This document shows, in pieces, positions 9,561-20,418 of a stretch of 64,000 nt of DNA. Every line of letters begins with the position of its first letter. Position 1 is the stretch's first letter. The notes under the pieces were generated by a model, which saw only the letters and a program-made list of their open reading frames with translations, searched no databases and was not told the DNA's origin. The position numbers and the translations under genes were made by a program. This stretch comes from Candidatus Levyibacteriota bacterium (GTDB lineage: Bacteria; Patescibacteriota; Microgenomatia; Levybacterales; UBA12049). Location: positions 2,527-66,526 of the forward strand of contig JBBRCK010000003.1 in the NCBI GenBank assembly GCA_038205015.1, read 5' to 3'.

Positions 9561-11366
9561 TTATTTAAGGTTAATTTCGTATAATTTGCCCGAGGATAAC
9601 ACATACACTTTCTTATCTTTTTCAAAAACTTCAAAATCGCTGGCGTTTTTAATAAAAGAAGCTTGATATTCAGCCTTATAATTTCCGCTTTTATCCAATA
9701 CAACAATTCTTGAGTTACCGTTATCTAAAATATAAACATTGTCAAAGTCGATATTGGAATAAATTCTAGTTGGGTTTGAAAGGTTTTTACTTAAATTATT
9801 AAGAGTAAAATTGTCTTTTTTGCCCTTAGTAAATTTGATAATTGTTCCATTTGAAAAAAGCACATAGACCGAACTATCAATTGTCATTGCGCTGGCTTTG
9901 GAAAAATCGACAGAAGAGCTATCGGCTAAATAATTTGTTTTAGAAAAACCCGAGTCTGTTTGAACAAATTTTAATATTTGATTTTGTTTTTTATCTAAAA
10001 CGTAAACATTACCAAAATATAATGCTAGTCCGCCTGCGCTTTGCCAATCACTGTCATTTTTGATTAAAGTTTTTTGGTTGGAGCCGTCTTTTTTAAGAGT
10101 AAAAATATTATTGGCAGTTAATCCATAAATATTCTTATCATCCTCAAAATAATACAGAGCGCTATTTTTCGTTTCTGCCAAAAGTAGGGGGCTTAGCGAT
10201 AAATCGATTTGTTTTTGAGGTATTTTAGCAACTTGAGACGTGCTGTTTAAAGCCGTATTTACTTTAGCCAATAAATTTAAAACTTGTTTTTCCTGGGATG
10301 AATTTTTCGGGAAACTGCTTTTGCCATTTTCTAAAATTTCTTTAGCTTTGGTAAAGCTATCATTTGCTAAATTCTGATTTAAGCCAATCAAGCCTTGTCC
10401 TTCGTTATACTTTTTAGTAGCCGGAGGATAGATGCTTTCAAAAGCTGTTTTTATTCTAGTATCACCTTGTTTTTTTAGAGCAAAAAAGACACTTCCTACA
10501 AAAACTACAATAATAATTACAACAATTGTTAAAAGGACTTTTTTAGGATGGTTTAATCCCAAATTAGAAGTAAGTTTAGGGTGTGGCAATAAATTGGTAA
10601 AAGATTTTAATTTACTTATCAGGCCTACTTGTTGATTAATGGTTGATGAATAAAAAGGTTTTTTTTCTTCAACTTTTTCTTCTATTTCTTCTGTTTCTTC
10701 TGTTTTGTCATCTTCTATTGAAAAATGCAAATCCTTTTCATCTGCCGGTACTAATTCTTCAACAGGTTTTTTATAGTTAATAATAATCGAAGATGCGCCT
10801 GATTCATCTTTTTCATGTAAAAGGGGAGCGATATTTTCGGCCGCATCTTTAGGACTTAAGCCGTCAAGCATTTCAAAAAGAGTATCGGTTGAAATAACCT
10901 TGGAAAATTGCTTAGTTTGAAGTATTAAAACATCGCCGTCTTGTAAAAATCCGGAAGCAACTTTTATAGCTTTATTCTCCTGATCATTTGCTTCCAAAAG
11001 ATGTCCAAGTTTGCCTTCTCTTTTTAAGGATAACTTACCATCCCCTAAAATATAAACGTATAAAACATTGTCGATAAAAGCTCCGATCACAAAAGAACAG
11101 CTTATTTCTTGGGGGATTTTTTCGGAAGTTAGCAAAACTGCATTTTTGATTGATTCTAGATCTTTTGTTTCTAAGGTAAAAAATTCTTGTTCTAAGCTAT
11201 CAAGAATCTCTTTTCCCAAGACATTTAAGTAATCTTTTTCCTCAGATTCTTCTTGAGTTTCCAGAGAAAGCACTGCAAAGAGTTTGCCGGCATTATAGGC
11301 CTGAGCCCAACTGTAAACGTTTGGGTTGGCAACGATTTTAGCAAATGAAAGATTAGATTCAGTCAT
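9561..11366 (-). CDS. Membrane protein: degenerate PP2C-like domain + TM + beta-propeller (NHL-like)
   Basis: YILGDG, single TM, repeated VYVLD/VYILD blades. Confidence 0.65.
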   Translation of the reverse strand: MTESNLSFAKIVANPNVYSWAQAYNAGKLFAVLSLETQEESEEKDYLNVLGKEILDSLEQEFFTLETKDLESIKNAVLLTSEKIPQEISCSFVIGAFIDNVLYVYILGDGKLSLKREGKLGHLLEANDQENKAIKVASGFLQDGDVLILQTKQFSKVISTDTLFEMLDGLSPKDAAENIAPLLHEKDESGASSIIINYKKPVEELVPADEKDLHFSIEDDKTEETEEIEEKVEEKKPFYSSTINQQVGLISKLKSFTNLLPHPKLTSNLGLNHPKKVLLTIVVIIIVVFVGSVFFALKKQGDTRIKTAFESIYPPATKKYNEGQGLIGLNQNLANDSFTKAKEILENGKSSFPKNSSQEKQVLNLLAKVNTALNSTSQVAKIPQKQIDLSLSPLLLAETKNSALYYFEDDKNIYGLTANNIFTLKKDGSNQKTLIKNDSDWQSAGGLALYFGNVYVLDKKQNQILKFVQTDSGFSKTNYLADSSSVDFSKASAMTIDSSVYVLFSNGTIIKFTKGKKDNFTLNNLSKNLSNPTRIYSNIDFDNVYILDNGNSRIVVLDKSGNYKAEYQASFIKNASDFEVFEKDKKVYVLSSGKLYEINLK

Positions 11367-11369
11367 TTT

Positions 11370-11618
11370 TTATAGTATAACAAGTGAAACGATAAAAAGC
11401 GAAATAGTAATAAGCAATAATAAAAGCGCAAACATTTTAATAATTGCAAAGTCTTTTGAAGCATGAATAATATGGTCCATCGATAAAATCTGCCTAATAA
11501 CAATTAGCAGAAATACAATTGCAAAAAAATCGGCAATCAAAAAAACAAGCTTGAAAATTAAGAAAAATCCGTTAAGTTTAAAAAGATTATTAAAATTTAA
11601 AGTATTTAGATTATTCAT
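11370..11618 (-). CDS. Small two-TM membrane protein
   Basis: 82-aa ORF coupled to its neighbours. Confidence 0.65.
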   Translation of the reverse strand: MNNLNTLNFNNLFKLNGFFLIFKLVFLIADFFAIVFLLIVIRQILSMDHIIHASKDFAIIKMFALLLLLITISLFIVSLVIL

Positions 11619-12276
11619 TTCTTTTTCCTATCAGATTTGCTACCACATGAACAGCGTCCTCAGGTTTTGGTACAGATTCAAAAATAAAGTTGTCTATTGT
11701 TCCTGCGGTTTGTACCAATACGTCCCCGTAATTAAAAATAGTTCTAAGTGCGCCAATCTGGGCATAACTAACGTCTTGCACTAGGCTTATTTTTGTCGAG
11801 GCAATATTTTTATAGACTAATCCTTGGAAGTCAACGTCAATGACCCTTTTTTCAGTCACAAGATCGATATTAAAATACCAAGTTATAAAGTTAATAAATA
11901 GATAAATTGTTACTAAAAGATAATAGTAAATCACAAAAAACATATTAAATTTTTGCGGAAAGATAAATATTGAAATTTTAAAATACATTAAAATTGGAAT
12001 AATAAAAAGTGGAGCTAAGAGTAGAAGCATGCTAATTGAAAACCAAGGTAGGTTTGTAATTAGCGCTTTTCTTATGAAAAGAATTACTTTTTCATCCACT
12101 TCTTGATTCTCAAAAGTTATGTCGTTTGGATTTTTGCAGTAGGTTGTAAAGAGTCTAACAGTACCTTCTTCCTCATAATATGAGGGAGTTGTGGAGATTG
12201 GTTTTTTATCCAAAACTTCGGTTGGTTTTTTGGCAGCGGGTGCTTCTTTTTCTTCTGCGACAAAAATATCTGGCAT
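11611..12276 (-). CDS. Bacterial PH-domain membrane protein
   Basis: Two TMs then VTEKRVIDV, VQDVS, IFNYGDVLVQTAG. Confidence 0.8.
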   Translation of the reverse strand: MPDIFVAEEKEAPAAKKPTEVLDKKPISTTPSYYEEEGTVRLFTTYCKNPNDITFENQEVDEKVILFIRKALITNLPWFSISMLLLLAPLFIIPILMYFKISIFIFPQKFNMFFVIYYYLLVTIYLFINFITWYFNIDLVTEKRVIDVDFQGLVYKNIASTKISLVQDVSYAQIGALRTIFNYGDVLVQTAGTIDNFIFESVPKPEDAVHVVANLIGKRNE

Positions 12277-12277
12277 T

Positions 12278-14080
12278 TTATCTTTCTACATTATACAACG
12301 GACCGACAATTTGTATACTCGCAGGTGCCCTAAGGTTAAAATAATTTTTAAAATCACTTCCGGAGAAGTTTGTGCTTTGGCCATCTCCCGATACGCTTAC
12401 CGAAGATGTTTTTCCTGATCCAAAATCAGCAGAGATAGAAATGCTATCAATTGAAGAATAGGGAGTTACTCCCCTTGATGAAAGTTCCTGCCTCACTTTT
12501 GCCCCGTCCCAAGTGTCTGTTCCAGCAGGATTTGGTTTGTCAACTTGGTATAAGTGGTTTGTGGTACCTGAGTCCTTCTGTGCCAAAAGCAAGACATTTA
12601 CTATGTCAGCGGCTTCGGAAGATTTAAGCCAGGCAGTTTTATTATAATCTGCTCTTGAACCCCAATCGCAGTAAAACCAAGGAGAGTTTTTATCATAGGC
12701 GTTGCTATTTAAATCGGAAAAACTATTAATAGCGCCGGTTGAGTCCTGCGCATTTTTTGTAAATGAGGTTCCTGACCAGCCGATATCTGCGGATGAGTGA
12801 ACATAGCCTCCATGCGTGGATGAAAACCAAGCGGTAATTGGGTTTCCACCGCTGGACATCACAATGCCGGCAGTATCTGATACTGCTTGCTTCCAGGAAT
12901 CCGAATTTTCTTCGCGTTTAACAACTTGGCAGGATTGGCTGGGGCAAATCGAAGATGCACCGTTGTTGGTTTTTGATAAAGCGTAGCTTCTGGCGGCAAT
13001 TGCTTGTGCTTTTAATGATTCAGATGGCCAGGCTGCTGGGACTTCGTAAACATGTTTTAGATACTCCTCGATACCCCAATTGTCGTCAAAGGATTGTCCG
13101 TACTCATTAGATCCAACTACGTGAATATTGATTCCGGTATTATATCCGGTAGTATAGTCGGCGTTATAATAGGCTTTTAAAATTTGCTCTGCATTTTGAC
13201 CCGCCTCTGCTCTTGCTTTTGCGCCGTATTGATTTAATCCCACCCGATTGGGGACACCGTAGCTAAAAAAACCAAACTTGGGTGAAAAACCCGGGTCCTT
13301 GCCGACGTCTGAGGAGCAACCACCTTGAGTGTTATAGGCATAAAGTGGAATATTAAGTCCGTTTAGTCTGGTGCTTAAAATGCCTTGTTGAATGGAGTTA
13401 AGTTGGGAGAGTTGATTAGTAAGTGTTGATTGATAAGCTTTTGCGCCGGATACAATTTTATCAAGTTGTGCGGATTGGGCGTCGAGGTTTGCTTTTAGAG
13501 AACTCAAGCTTATTTCTTTAACCTCTAAATCTTTCTTTTTATTTTCCAAATCCTGGATTGTGATTACAATATTGGTAATTATTGCCTTATCCCTGTCGGC
13601 ATTGGCTTTTTGGTATCCCAAAATTTGGGTGAATTCCGATGCGGAATTGGCTGATAAGAAAATAACTAACGGGGAGTTATAGTATGATTTAATGTAATAA
13701 TCTCTGATAGTTTGATTTAAAATATTTTGCTGCTTTTCCATCTCTTTATAACCTTGGTCTATCTGTTTTCTTTTTTCCGATAAACTAAATTCAATTGATG
13801 AGACGGTGTTTTTTATGCCTTTAATTTGCGTATTTAAACTGTTAAGTCTTGATTGAAGAGGAGTAGTTGCATTAATTGAAGACTGGAGTGCTTGATTAAT
13901 AGTTGCTTCGCATTGCTTTAACAAATCTTGGCAGGCAGAGCCAAAGCCGTTATTGCCACCGCAAGCATTTTGGACATTGGACATATCGCAACTGGTATCT
14001 TGAGCTTTGGAAAAAGGAATTAAAACAATACCAACCGTTAAAAAGATTATAGAAAAAAATAAAAAGAGGATTTTTTTCAT
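12278..14080 (-). CDS. Secreted coiled-coil + SpoIID/LytB domain protein
   Basis: Signal peptide, coiled coil, GLNQYGA, ESLKAQAIAARSYA. Confidence 0.85.
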   Translation of the reverse strand: MKKILFLFFSIIFLTVGIVLIPFSKAQDTSCDMSNVQNACGGNNGFGSACQDLLKQCEATINQALQSSINATTPLQSRLNSLNTQIKGIKNTVSSIEFSLSEKRKQIDQGYKEMEKQQNILNQTIRDYYIKSYYNSPLVIFLSANSASEFTQILGYQKANADRDKAIITNIVITIQDLENKKKDLEVKEISLSSLKANLDAQSAQLDKIVSGAKAYQSTLTNQLSQLNSIQQGILSTRLNGLNIPLYAYNTQGGCSSDVGKDPGFSPKFGFFSYGVPNRVGLNQYGAKARAEAGQNAEQILKAYYNADYTTGYNTGINIHVVGSNEYGQSFDDNWGIEEYLKHVYEVPAAWPSESLKAQAIAARSYALSKTNNGASSICPSQSCQVVKREENSDSWKQAVSDTAGIVMSSGGNPITAWFSSTHGGYVHSSADIGWSGTSFTKNAQDSTGAINSFSDLNSNAYDKNSPWFYCDWGSRADYNKTAWLKSSEAADIVNVLLLAQKDSGTTNHLYQVDKPNPAGTDTWDGAKVRQELSSRGVTPYSSIDSISISADFGSGKTSSVSVSGDGQSTNFSGSDFKNYFNLRAPASIQIVGPLYNVER

Positions 14081-14162
14081 TGCATTTTATTATACCAAAC
14101 AATCACGTTTTAATTTGCAAATCTTAAAAGTTTGTGTTATCTTCCAGTTGAAAGGAAAGCGT

Positions 14163-14744
14163 ATGGAAGAGGCACCTTTAGAAGTGATTCCATCATTTGC
14201 ACCCTTGCCCAAAAAAAGGATAAATAAAAGATTTATCTACCTCAGCTTTGCAATTTTATTAATAGTTTTAATATTTTTAGGATTTATGTATTTAAGTTCT
14301 AACAAAAAAAACACAATTGATCAGGAAGCTGCGGTAACAACTCCAACTCAAGCTCCAACTGAAACACCAGTACTTACTTCTTCTATTTCGCCAACACCTT
14401 CAGTTACCAGTACTCTAACTCCAAAACCAACGGTAAATCCTGTTGATAAGGTAATGAGTTTGGACAGAAGTAAGCTTTCAATCACCGTTGAAAACGGAAG
14501 TGGCGAAACAGGCGCTGCATCTAAGGCCTCGGATGTATTAAAAAATCTTGGCTATAATGTTATAGCAATTGCAAATGCCGATAATTCAAATTATTCAAAT
14601 GTTACGATTCAGGTGAAGTCATCAAACTCAAAGTTTTTGGATTTATTAAAAAAAGATTTAGGATTTACTTATACTATTGGAACTACTTCGGCTAATCTTT
14701 CCGATGGTTTTTCTTCCGATGCTGTTGTTATAATAGGTAAGTAA
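14163..14744 (+). CDS. LytR C-terminal domain membrane protein
   Basis: TM, Pro/Thr linker, VENGSG..GAA, DAVVIIG. Confidence 0.85.
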   Translation: MEEAPLEVIPSFAPLPKKRINKRFIYLSFAILLIVLIFLGFMYLSSNKKNTIDQEAAVTTPTQAPTETPVLTSSISPTPSVTSTLTPKPTVNPVDKVMSLDRSKLSITVENGSGETGAASKASDVLKNLGYNVIAIANADNSNYSNVTIQVKSSNSKFLDLLKKDLGFTYTIGTTSANLSDGFSSDAVVIIGK

Positions 14745-15199
14745 TGAAGATTTATTTGGCATCAGACCACGCCGGTTTTGAGTTAAAAGAACAAGTTAAA
14801 AAATATCTTCTAACTTTAGATTACGTTGTAAAAGATTGTGGAGATTTTAATCCAACTCCGGGAGACGATTACCCATTATTTATTGCCAAAGCTGCCGAAA
14901 TGGTTTCTAAGGACCCGTTGTCAAAGGGAATTATTTTTGGAAAATCCGGATCAGGAGAAGAGATTGTTGCAAATAAGTTTAAAAACGTTAGAGCTATTTT
15001 AGGATTTTCAAAGGAGAATGTTATCTTGGCAAGACAAGATAATGATGCAAATGTTTTATCATTGGGCTGTGCTTTTGAAGATTTTGACAAAGCCTTAATA
15101 CTTGTTAAGCTGTTTTTAGAAACTCCTTTTTCAAACGAAGAAAGACACAAAAGAAGAATAGAAGAGATTAAAGAAATTGAGGAGAAAAATTATGCATAA
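14744..15199 (+). CDS. rpiB: Ribose-5-phosphate isomerase B
   Basis: SDHAG, DDYP, ANK, NDANVLSLG, RH.RR. Confidence 0.9.
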   Translation: MKIYLASDHAGFELKEQVKKYLLTLDYVVKDCGDFNPTPGDDYPLFIAKAAEMVSKDPLSKGIIFGKSGSGEEIVANKFKNVRAILGFSKENVILARQDNDANVLSLGCAFEDFDKALILVKLFLETPFSNEERHKRRIEEIKEIEEKNYA

Positions 15200-15818
15200 T
15201 GTAATTCCCGGAATTCTGGAAACAGATTCTTTGGAAATTGAAAAAAAACTTTCTTTTATTAAGCGTTTTTCAAATAAAGTTCATATCGATATTTTAGACG
15301 GTAAATTTTGTCCGGAAATAAGTTTTAACGACCCCACTTTTTTTAAAAAATACGCCAGTGATTTCTTTATGGAAGCTCATTTGATGGTTGAAGATCCAGC
15401 ATCTTACGTTAAGCCCTTTGCTGCGAATGGTTTTAAAAGATTTTTGGGTCAAGTTGAAAAAATGAAAAATTTGGATGAATTTGTGGCTGAGGGACAGATT
15501 TTTGGAGAAGTCGGGTTAGCTTTGGATATTAATACGCCGGTTGAATCAATATCGATAAATTTTGATGATTTAGATACTGTTTTATTAATGGCTGTAAAAG
15601 CAGGTAGGTCTGGGCAAGTTTTTATGCCGGAAGTTTTAAATAAAATAAAGGCGTTGCGGGCAAAAACCAGTCTTCCAATTGAGGTTGACGGAGGAGTTAA
15701 TGAAACAACGATTGTAAGTTGTAACCAAGAAGGAGCGCGAAGATTTGTCGTTACCAGTCATATTTTTAAAGACAAGGATCCGATGCAGGCTTTTGAAAAA
15801 CTCCTTTCATTTAGTTAG
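15192..15818 (+). CDS. rpe: Ribulose-phosphate 3-epimerase
   Basis: HIDILDG, AHLMV, GRSGQ, EVDGG. Confidence 0.9.
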   Translation: MHNVIPGILETDSLEIEKKLSFIKRFSNKVHIDILDGKFCPEISFNDPTFFKKYASDFFMEAHLMVEDPASYVKPFAANGFKRFLGQVEKMKNLDEFVAEGQIFGEVGLALDINTPVESISINFDDLDTVLLMAVKAGRSGQVFMPEVLNKIKALRAKTSLPIEVDGGVNETTIVSCNQEGARRFVVTSHIFKDKDPMQAFEKLLSFS

Positions 15819-18120
15819 GTCTTATAAAGGTCGCGCTTGGGGTTGCCGCGAATTCGCATTTATCATTTCCCTTAACAAAGAATTCCATTTTTCCAAAGCA
15901 TGTTTTTTGCAAAACGTCAGATGGTATTTTTTCTTTTTCGTCAGGAGAATTTTGCAATAGTAACGTCATGATTTTGTTCCAAATTGGGGCAGCGCCGGTA
16001 ATTCCTGAGGCAAGACTTTGACTCATTGGTGAGTTGTCGTTGTTTCCAACCCAGACGGCAGTAAGAAATGATGGGGTAAAGCCAATTGTCCAGTTGTCCC
16101 TTTTACTGTCTGACGTTCCTGTTTTAACTGACACTGTATGGCCGGCGATGTTTAACGGAGAATTTAATCCAAACTCCCAAGATCTGGCGCCGTTATCGGC
16201 CAAAATATCTGAAATTATATAAGAGACTCCAGAAGAAAGAATTTGATTGGGTAACTCTATTTGCTTTCGATAATTAATGTCCTTTGCATAGTCGGTTAAT
16301 CTAAGGATTGGATCAAGTTCAACTTTTTTTCCGAGATTTGCAACAGTACCATAAACAGTTGCCATATCGGTCATTTTTACCTCTGCAGCGCCAAGCGTAA
16401 TTGATAAACCGTAGTTTTGAGGATTTCCCCAGGTTGTAATCCCCATATTTTTCCCTGTATCCATCATTTGCTTAAGGCCGATTTTTTGCAATGTTTTTAC
16501 GGCAGGAATATTAAAGGAATTGGCAAATGCAATTCTTAAAGGGATTCTGCCATGGAATGCACCATCATAATTTACAGGAGAATAGGGAGCCGAGCCGGGG
16601 ATAGCGTAAGTAATGGGAGAATCATCAAGCACCGTTGCCGCGGTAAATCCGTTTGATAGTGCTGCTGCGTAGGTAACAACTTTTATTGAAGATCCAGGCT
16701 GTCTTAAGGAGGTTGTAAGATTTACATTTCCGCTGTTTTGGTCTTGATAATCTTTGCTTCCAACCATTGCCAAAATATCTCCGTTTTGAGGATTAGTAAC
16801 CAAAGCCGCACCATTTGTTAGATTTAAATAAGCATCTTGATTTACTTCTTGAGTAACGATATCCTGAATCTTATTTTGTAATTTTAAATCAAGAGTGGTG
16901 ATTACATTTAATCCCCCTTTTTCAACCATAGGAAGCCCGTATTTTTTAATTAAGTACTCTTTAACGTACATCACAAAATGAGGTGCATAAATTGGAGTTT
17001 GTGGTGGTTGAAAAGTCAAATTTTCATTTAAAGCACTTTCTTCGTCCTCTTTGGTAATATATTTTAAGTTAAGCATTTTTTGTAAGACCTCTTTTTGTCT
17101 CTGACGCCAAAGATCGGGATTTTGACCGTAAGGAGAGTAGGTAGTTGGGGCCTGCGGCATGCCGGCTAAAAAGGCACTTTCTGCAAGGTCTAAGTCTTTA
17201 ACATTTTTATTAAAATATGTTTCGGATGCAGCCTCAACTCCCCAGGCTGTTCCACCATATGGTACTTGGTTAAAATACATTTCTAAGATTTGGTTTTTTG
17301 TATAAATCTTTTCCGCCCAAAATGCCAAAGCAAGCTCTCTAATTTTTCTTTGAATTGTTTTTTCGGGCGTTAACAGAGTGGATTTAATAAGTTGTTGGGT
17401 AATCGTTGATCCTCCCTGAATTGATTTTCCGGAAAAATTGGCTATGGTTGCTCTTATCATTGCGTTTATGTCAAAGCCGGGGTTTTTATAAAAATCTTTA
17501 TCTTCGATGGCAATAGTGGCGTTGATAAAGTTATTGGGAATTGACCCTAAAGGCACCAAAGTTCTATTTTCATTGGCAAAAATTTGATATAAAAGGATTC
17601 CGTTTCTGTCAAAAATTTTAGTAGTTTGAGGTATTTCTCGTTCAGAAAGTTGGCTTGGATTAGGAAGGCTATGTACAAAAACATAAGCTCCGAAAGGGAT
17701 GAAGGCTATTAAAAAGCAAAATATAAAGCCTAAAACAAAATATTTAAACTTAATTACTATATGTTTTGGAACAGGATAAATTGTGATTTCATTCTGCGGT
17801 AGCGTTTTAATTTTTTGGATTCGTTTTTTTCTTTTTTGGGAATTAAATTTTCTGGTAATCCTTTTCCAAAACAAGCGACTTTTAAACTTAAAAATTTCAA
17901 AATTATAGCGTATTTTTTTTAGTTTTGATTTTCTGTAGGATTTAATTTCTTTTTCGGATTTTATCAAAGTGCTTTTAAGATACAAATAGGTTTTAAGAAG
18001 CAGCTCAAAGACGGTTTTAAAAAAGAAAATCACAAGATTACCGATTGCCGTTAAGCTTAAAACGATAACTTTTATTATTATGATTAAAATATCCATAGGT
18101 AAGTTGAAGGTTGTGGCCAA
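15811..18120 (-). CDS. Class A penicillin-binding protein (PBP1A family)
   Basis: ED..FY, GGSTITQQL, RQPGSSIK, KTGT. Confidence 0.93.
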   Translation of the reverse strand: MATTFNLPMDILIIIIKVIVLSLTAIGNLVIFFFKTVFELLLKTYLYLKSTLIKSEKEIKSYRKSKLKKIRYNFEIFKFKSRLFWKRITRKFNSQKRKKRIQKIKTLPQNEITIYPVPKHIVIKFKYFVLGFIFCFLIAFIPFGAYVFVHSLPNPSQLSEREIPQTTKIFDRNGILLYQIFANENRTLVPLGSIPNNFINATIAIEDKDFYKNPGFDINAMIRATIANFSGKSIQGGSTITQQLIKSTLLTPEKTIQRKIRELALAFWAEKIYTKNQILEMYFNQVPYGGTAWGVEAASETYFNKNVKDLDLAESAFLAGMPQAPTTYSPYGQNPDLWRQRQKEVLQKMLNLKYITKEDEESALNENLTFQPPQTPIYAPHFVMYVKEYLIKKYGLPMVEKGGLNVITTLDLKLQNKIQDIVTQEVNQDAYLNLTNGAALVTNPQNGDILAMVGSKDYQDQNSGNVNLTTSLRQPGSSIKVVTYAAALSNGFTAATVLDDSPITYAIPGSAPYSPVNYDGAFHGRIPLRIAFANSFNIPAVKTLQKIGLKQMMDTGKNMGITTWGNPQNYGLSITLGAAEVKMTDMATVYGTVANLGKKVELDPILRLTDYAKDINYRKQIELPNQILSSGVSYIISDILADNGARSWEFGLNSPLNIAGHTVSVKTGTSDSKRDNWTIGFTPSFLTAVWVGNNDNSPMSQSLASGITGAAPIWNKIMTLLLQNSPDEKEKIPSDVLQKTCFGKMEFFVKGNDKCEFAATPSATFIRPN

Positions 18121-18156
18121 TTATACTATAGGTAAGCTAAGTTTAAAAGCCTTACT

Positions 18157-20355
18157 TTATGGTTTAGGCATGGGAGTAGGGGTCGGATGCGGGCAGGACA
18201 TACAGTATTTATCTCCAGTTGCATCGGTAAAGATTGTTTGTTCTTTGGGTTCCGTATTATCAACCTGTCCTTTTTTGGCTAAATCCTGAGTAGTTTTATC
18301 GATCAAGACACTTTCCTTAGCTACCGATCCGGCTAATTTTTCGGTTCCTTTGATAAAATATTCAAATCTGGTTGGGCAGGCAACGTCGGTTTGCGGAAAA
18401 AAACCGGTATCAGAGCAAACCTGTTTTTGAATAACGTTTGTCGGTCTTGATAATGCTTCCTGCGGTTTTTCTTTAAGAAGTTCTGACATAATGTCATTCC
18501 AAATCGGCGCTGCTCCGGTAATACCAGAAACAAGCCCGCTCATTGGCGTATTGTCGTCGTTGCCAACCCAGGTTGCAACTAAAATGGAAGGGGTGTATCC
18601 AATTGTCCAGTTGTCGCGATAATCATTAGTGGTACCGGTTTTTACAGATACTATTTGATTTTTAATTTTAAGTTGGGAATTGTCTCCAAATTCCAAAAGT
18701 CTAGCTCCGTTATCAGCTAAAATGTCGGAAATGATATAAGAAACACCGTCAGGCAAGACCTTTTTCCCAAAAATAGGACTCTGTGGAGCTTTATATTCTT
18801 CTAATACTTTTCCACCCTTGTCAGTTATTTTTAGTATAGGATGGAGGTCAATTCTATATCCTCCGTTTGCAAAAACTCCAAAGGCAGTTGCCATATCTAC
18901 CATTTTGACTTCCGCTCCGCCAAGAGTCAGGGAAAGTCCGTAATTTTCAGGATGGTTAAAAGTGGTAATTCCCATGGCTGAAGCCGTAGCAGTCATTTCA
19001 TCCACTCCGTTTAGTTTTAGCATTTTAACGGCAGGAATATTTAAAGAATTTCCTAAAGCATAGCGCATCTGAACCAATCCATGCCATTTTCCGTCGTAGT
19101 TTAGCGGGCAGTAATCTTTTCCGCCCTGATTTGGATAACAGGTTGGTCCGTCAACAAAAGTCATTGCTGCGTTATATTTATTAATTAATCCAACTACATA
19201 ATTTACCGGTTTTATTGAAGACCCAGGTTGTCTTAAGGAGGTAGTAATATTTACATTCCCGGCAATTTCGTTATTGAAATAATCTTTGCTTCCAACCATT
19301 GCCAAAATTTCTCCTGTTCCTGGCTTAGTAACTAGTGAAGAACCATTGGTAACGTGATAATATTTAGGAAGTGCGTTTACTTCATCGGCGACTGATTGTT
19401 GCGCCAAATCCTGGATTTTTATGTCAAGACTGGTAATTACCTTAAGACCGCCTACTTCAACGGCCTTTTCTCCGTATTTGGCAATTAATAAATCCTTGAT
19501 ATACAAAACAAAATGAGGAGCCTTAATGTTATCTGAGATTTTCTTGTAGTTTAGATTTTCCTGCGCTGCTTTGTTCATTTGAGCTTTGGTAATATAGCCT
19601 TGATCTTGCATGGCTTTTAAGACTTCAATTTGCCTTGCTTTGGCAAGCTCGGGCTGTGAGCCAAACGGGGAATATTTAGTTGGAGATTGGGGAAGGCCGG
19701 CTAAAAGTGCGCTTTGAGCTAAATTCAGATCTTTGGCATGTTTTCCAAAATAACGCTGCGCCGCCGCCTCGATTCCATAAGAAGTTCCTCCATATGGGCT
19801 TTGATTTAAGTACATCTCAAGAATTTGTGCTTTTGAATAAATTATTTCTGTTGCAAAAGATAAAATTATCTCTTTTATCTTTCTGAGGACGGTTTGCTCC
19901 TGAGTCAGGAGGCTATTTTTTACCAATTGTTGAGTAAGAGTTGATCCTCCTTGAATTTGTTTGTGAAAAACAGTTGAGATAAAAGCCCTGGTAATTCCGC
20001 GCAAATCGATTGCGCCGTGCTCATAAAAGTTTCTATCCTCAATTGAAATAGTGGCTTGTTGCATGTATTTGGGGACAACGGCAAGTTTTATAAAAGTCTG
20101 ATTTTTTTTATCGTAAATGTTGTATAAAAGCTCACCGTTTCTATCATAAATTACAGTTGATTGAGGATTTGAAGAGCTCGATAATCTGGTTGGGAGAGGA
20201 AGATCTTTGAGAATAAAGAAGTAAAACAGACCGCAAAAAATTATAAAAGAAGAAAGTAAGAGAATCTCTATTTTTGTAAAGTCTCTATTTTTTATTTTTT
20301 TTACTATTTTTTTGTGTGGAGAAAGATTGCGAATAAACTCAAAGCGCATGCTCAA
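18157..20355 (-). CDS. Class A penicillin-binding protein, tandem paralog
   Basis: EDRNFYEH, GGSTLTQQL, RQPGSSIK, KTGT. Confidence 0.93.
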   Translation of the reverse strand: MSMRFEFIRNLSPHKKIVKKIKNRDFTKIEILLLSSFIIFCGLFYFFILKDLPLPTRLSSSSNPQSTVIYDRNGELLYNIYDKKNQTFIKLAVVPKYMQQATISIEDRNFYEHGAIDLRGITRAFISTVFHKQIQGGSTLTQQLVKNSLLTQEQTVLRKIKEIILSFATEIIYSKAQILEMYLNQSPYGGTSYGIEAAAQRYFGKHAKDLNLAQSALLAGLPQSPTKYSPFGSQPELAKARQIEVLKAMQDQGYITKAQMNKAAQENLNYKKISDNIKAPHFVLYIKDLLIAKYGEKAVEVGGLKVITSLDIKIQDLAQQSVADEVNALPKYYHVTNGSSLVTKPGTGEILAMVGSKDYFNNEIAGNVNITTSLRQPGSSIKPVNYVVGLINKYNAAMTFVDGPTCYPNQGGKDYCPLNYDGKWHGLVQMRYALGNSLNIPAVKMLKLNGVDEMTATASAMGITTFNHPENYGLSLTLGGAEVKMVDMATAFGVFANGGYRIDLHPILKITDKGGKVLEEYKAPQSPIFGKKVLPDGVSYIISDILADNGARLLEFGDNSQLKIKNQIVSVKTGTTNDYRDNWTIGYTPSILVATWVGNDDNTPMSGLVSGITGAAPIWNDIMSELLKEKPQEALSRPTNVIQKQVCSDTGFFPQTDVACPTRFEYFIKGTEKLAGSVAKESVLIDKTTQDLAKKGQVDNTEPKEQTIFTDATGDKYCMSCPHPTPTPMPKP

Positions 20356-20418
20356 TATAATATCACTACTTTAACTTGCTTACAACGCATTTTAATAATT
20401 GTTATAATTGTAGAGTAG

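Noticed and set aside
15811-20355. Identical 15-25 nt stretches shared by the two PBP genes
   Set aside because: They fall on conserved catalytic motifs and are explained by tandem paralogy.
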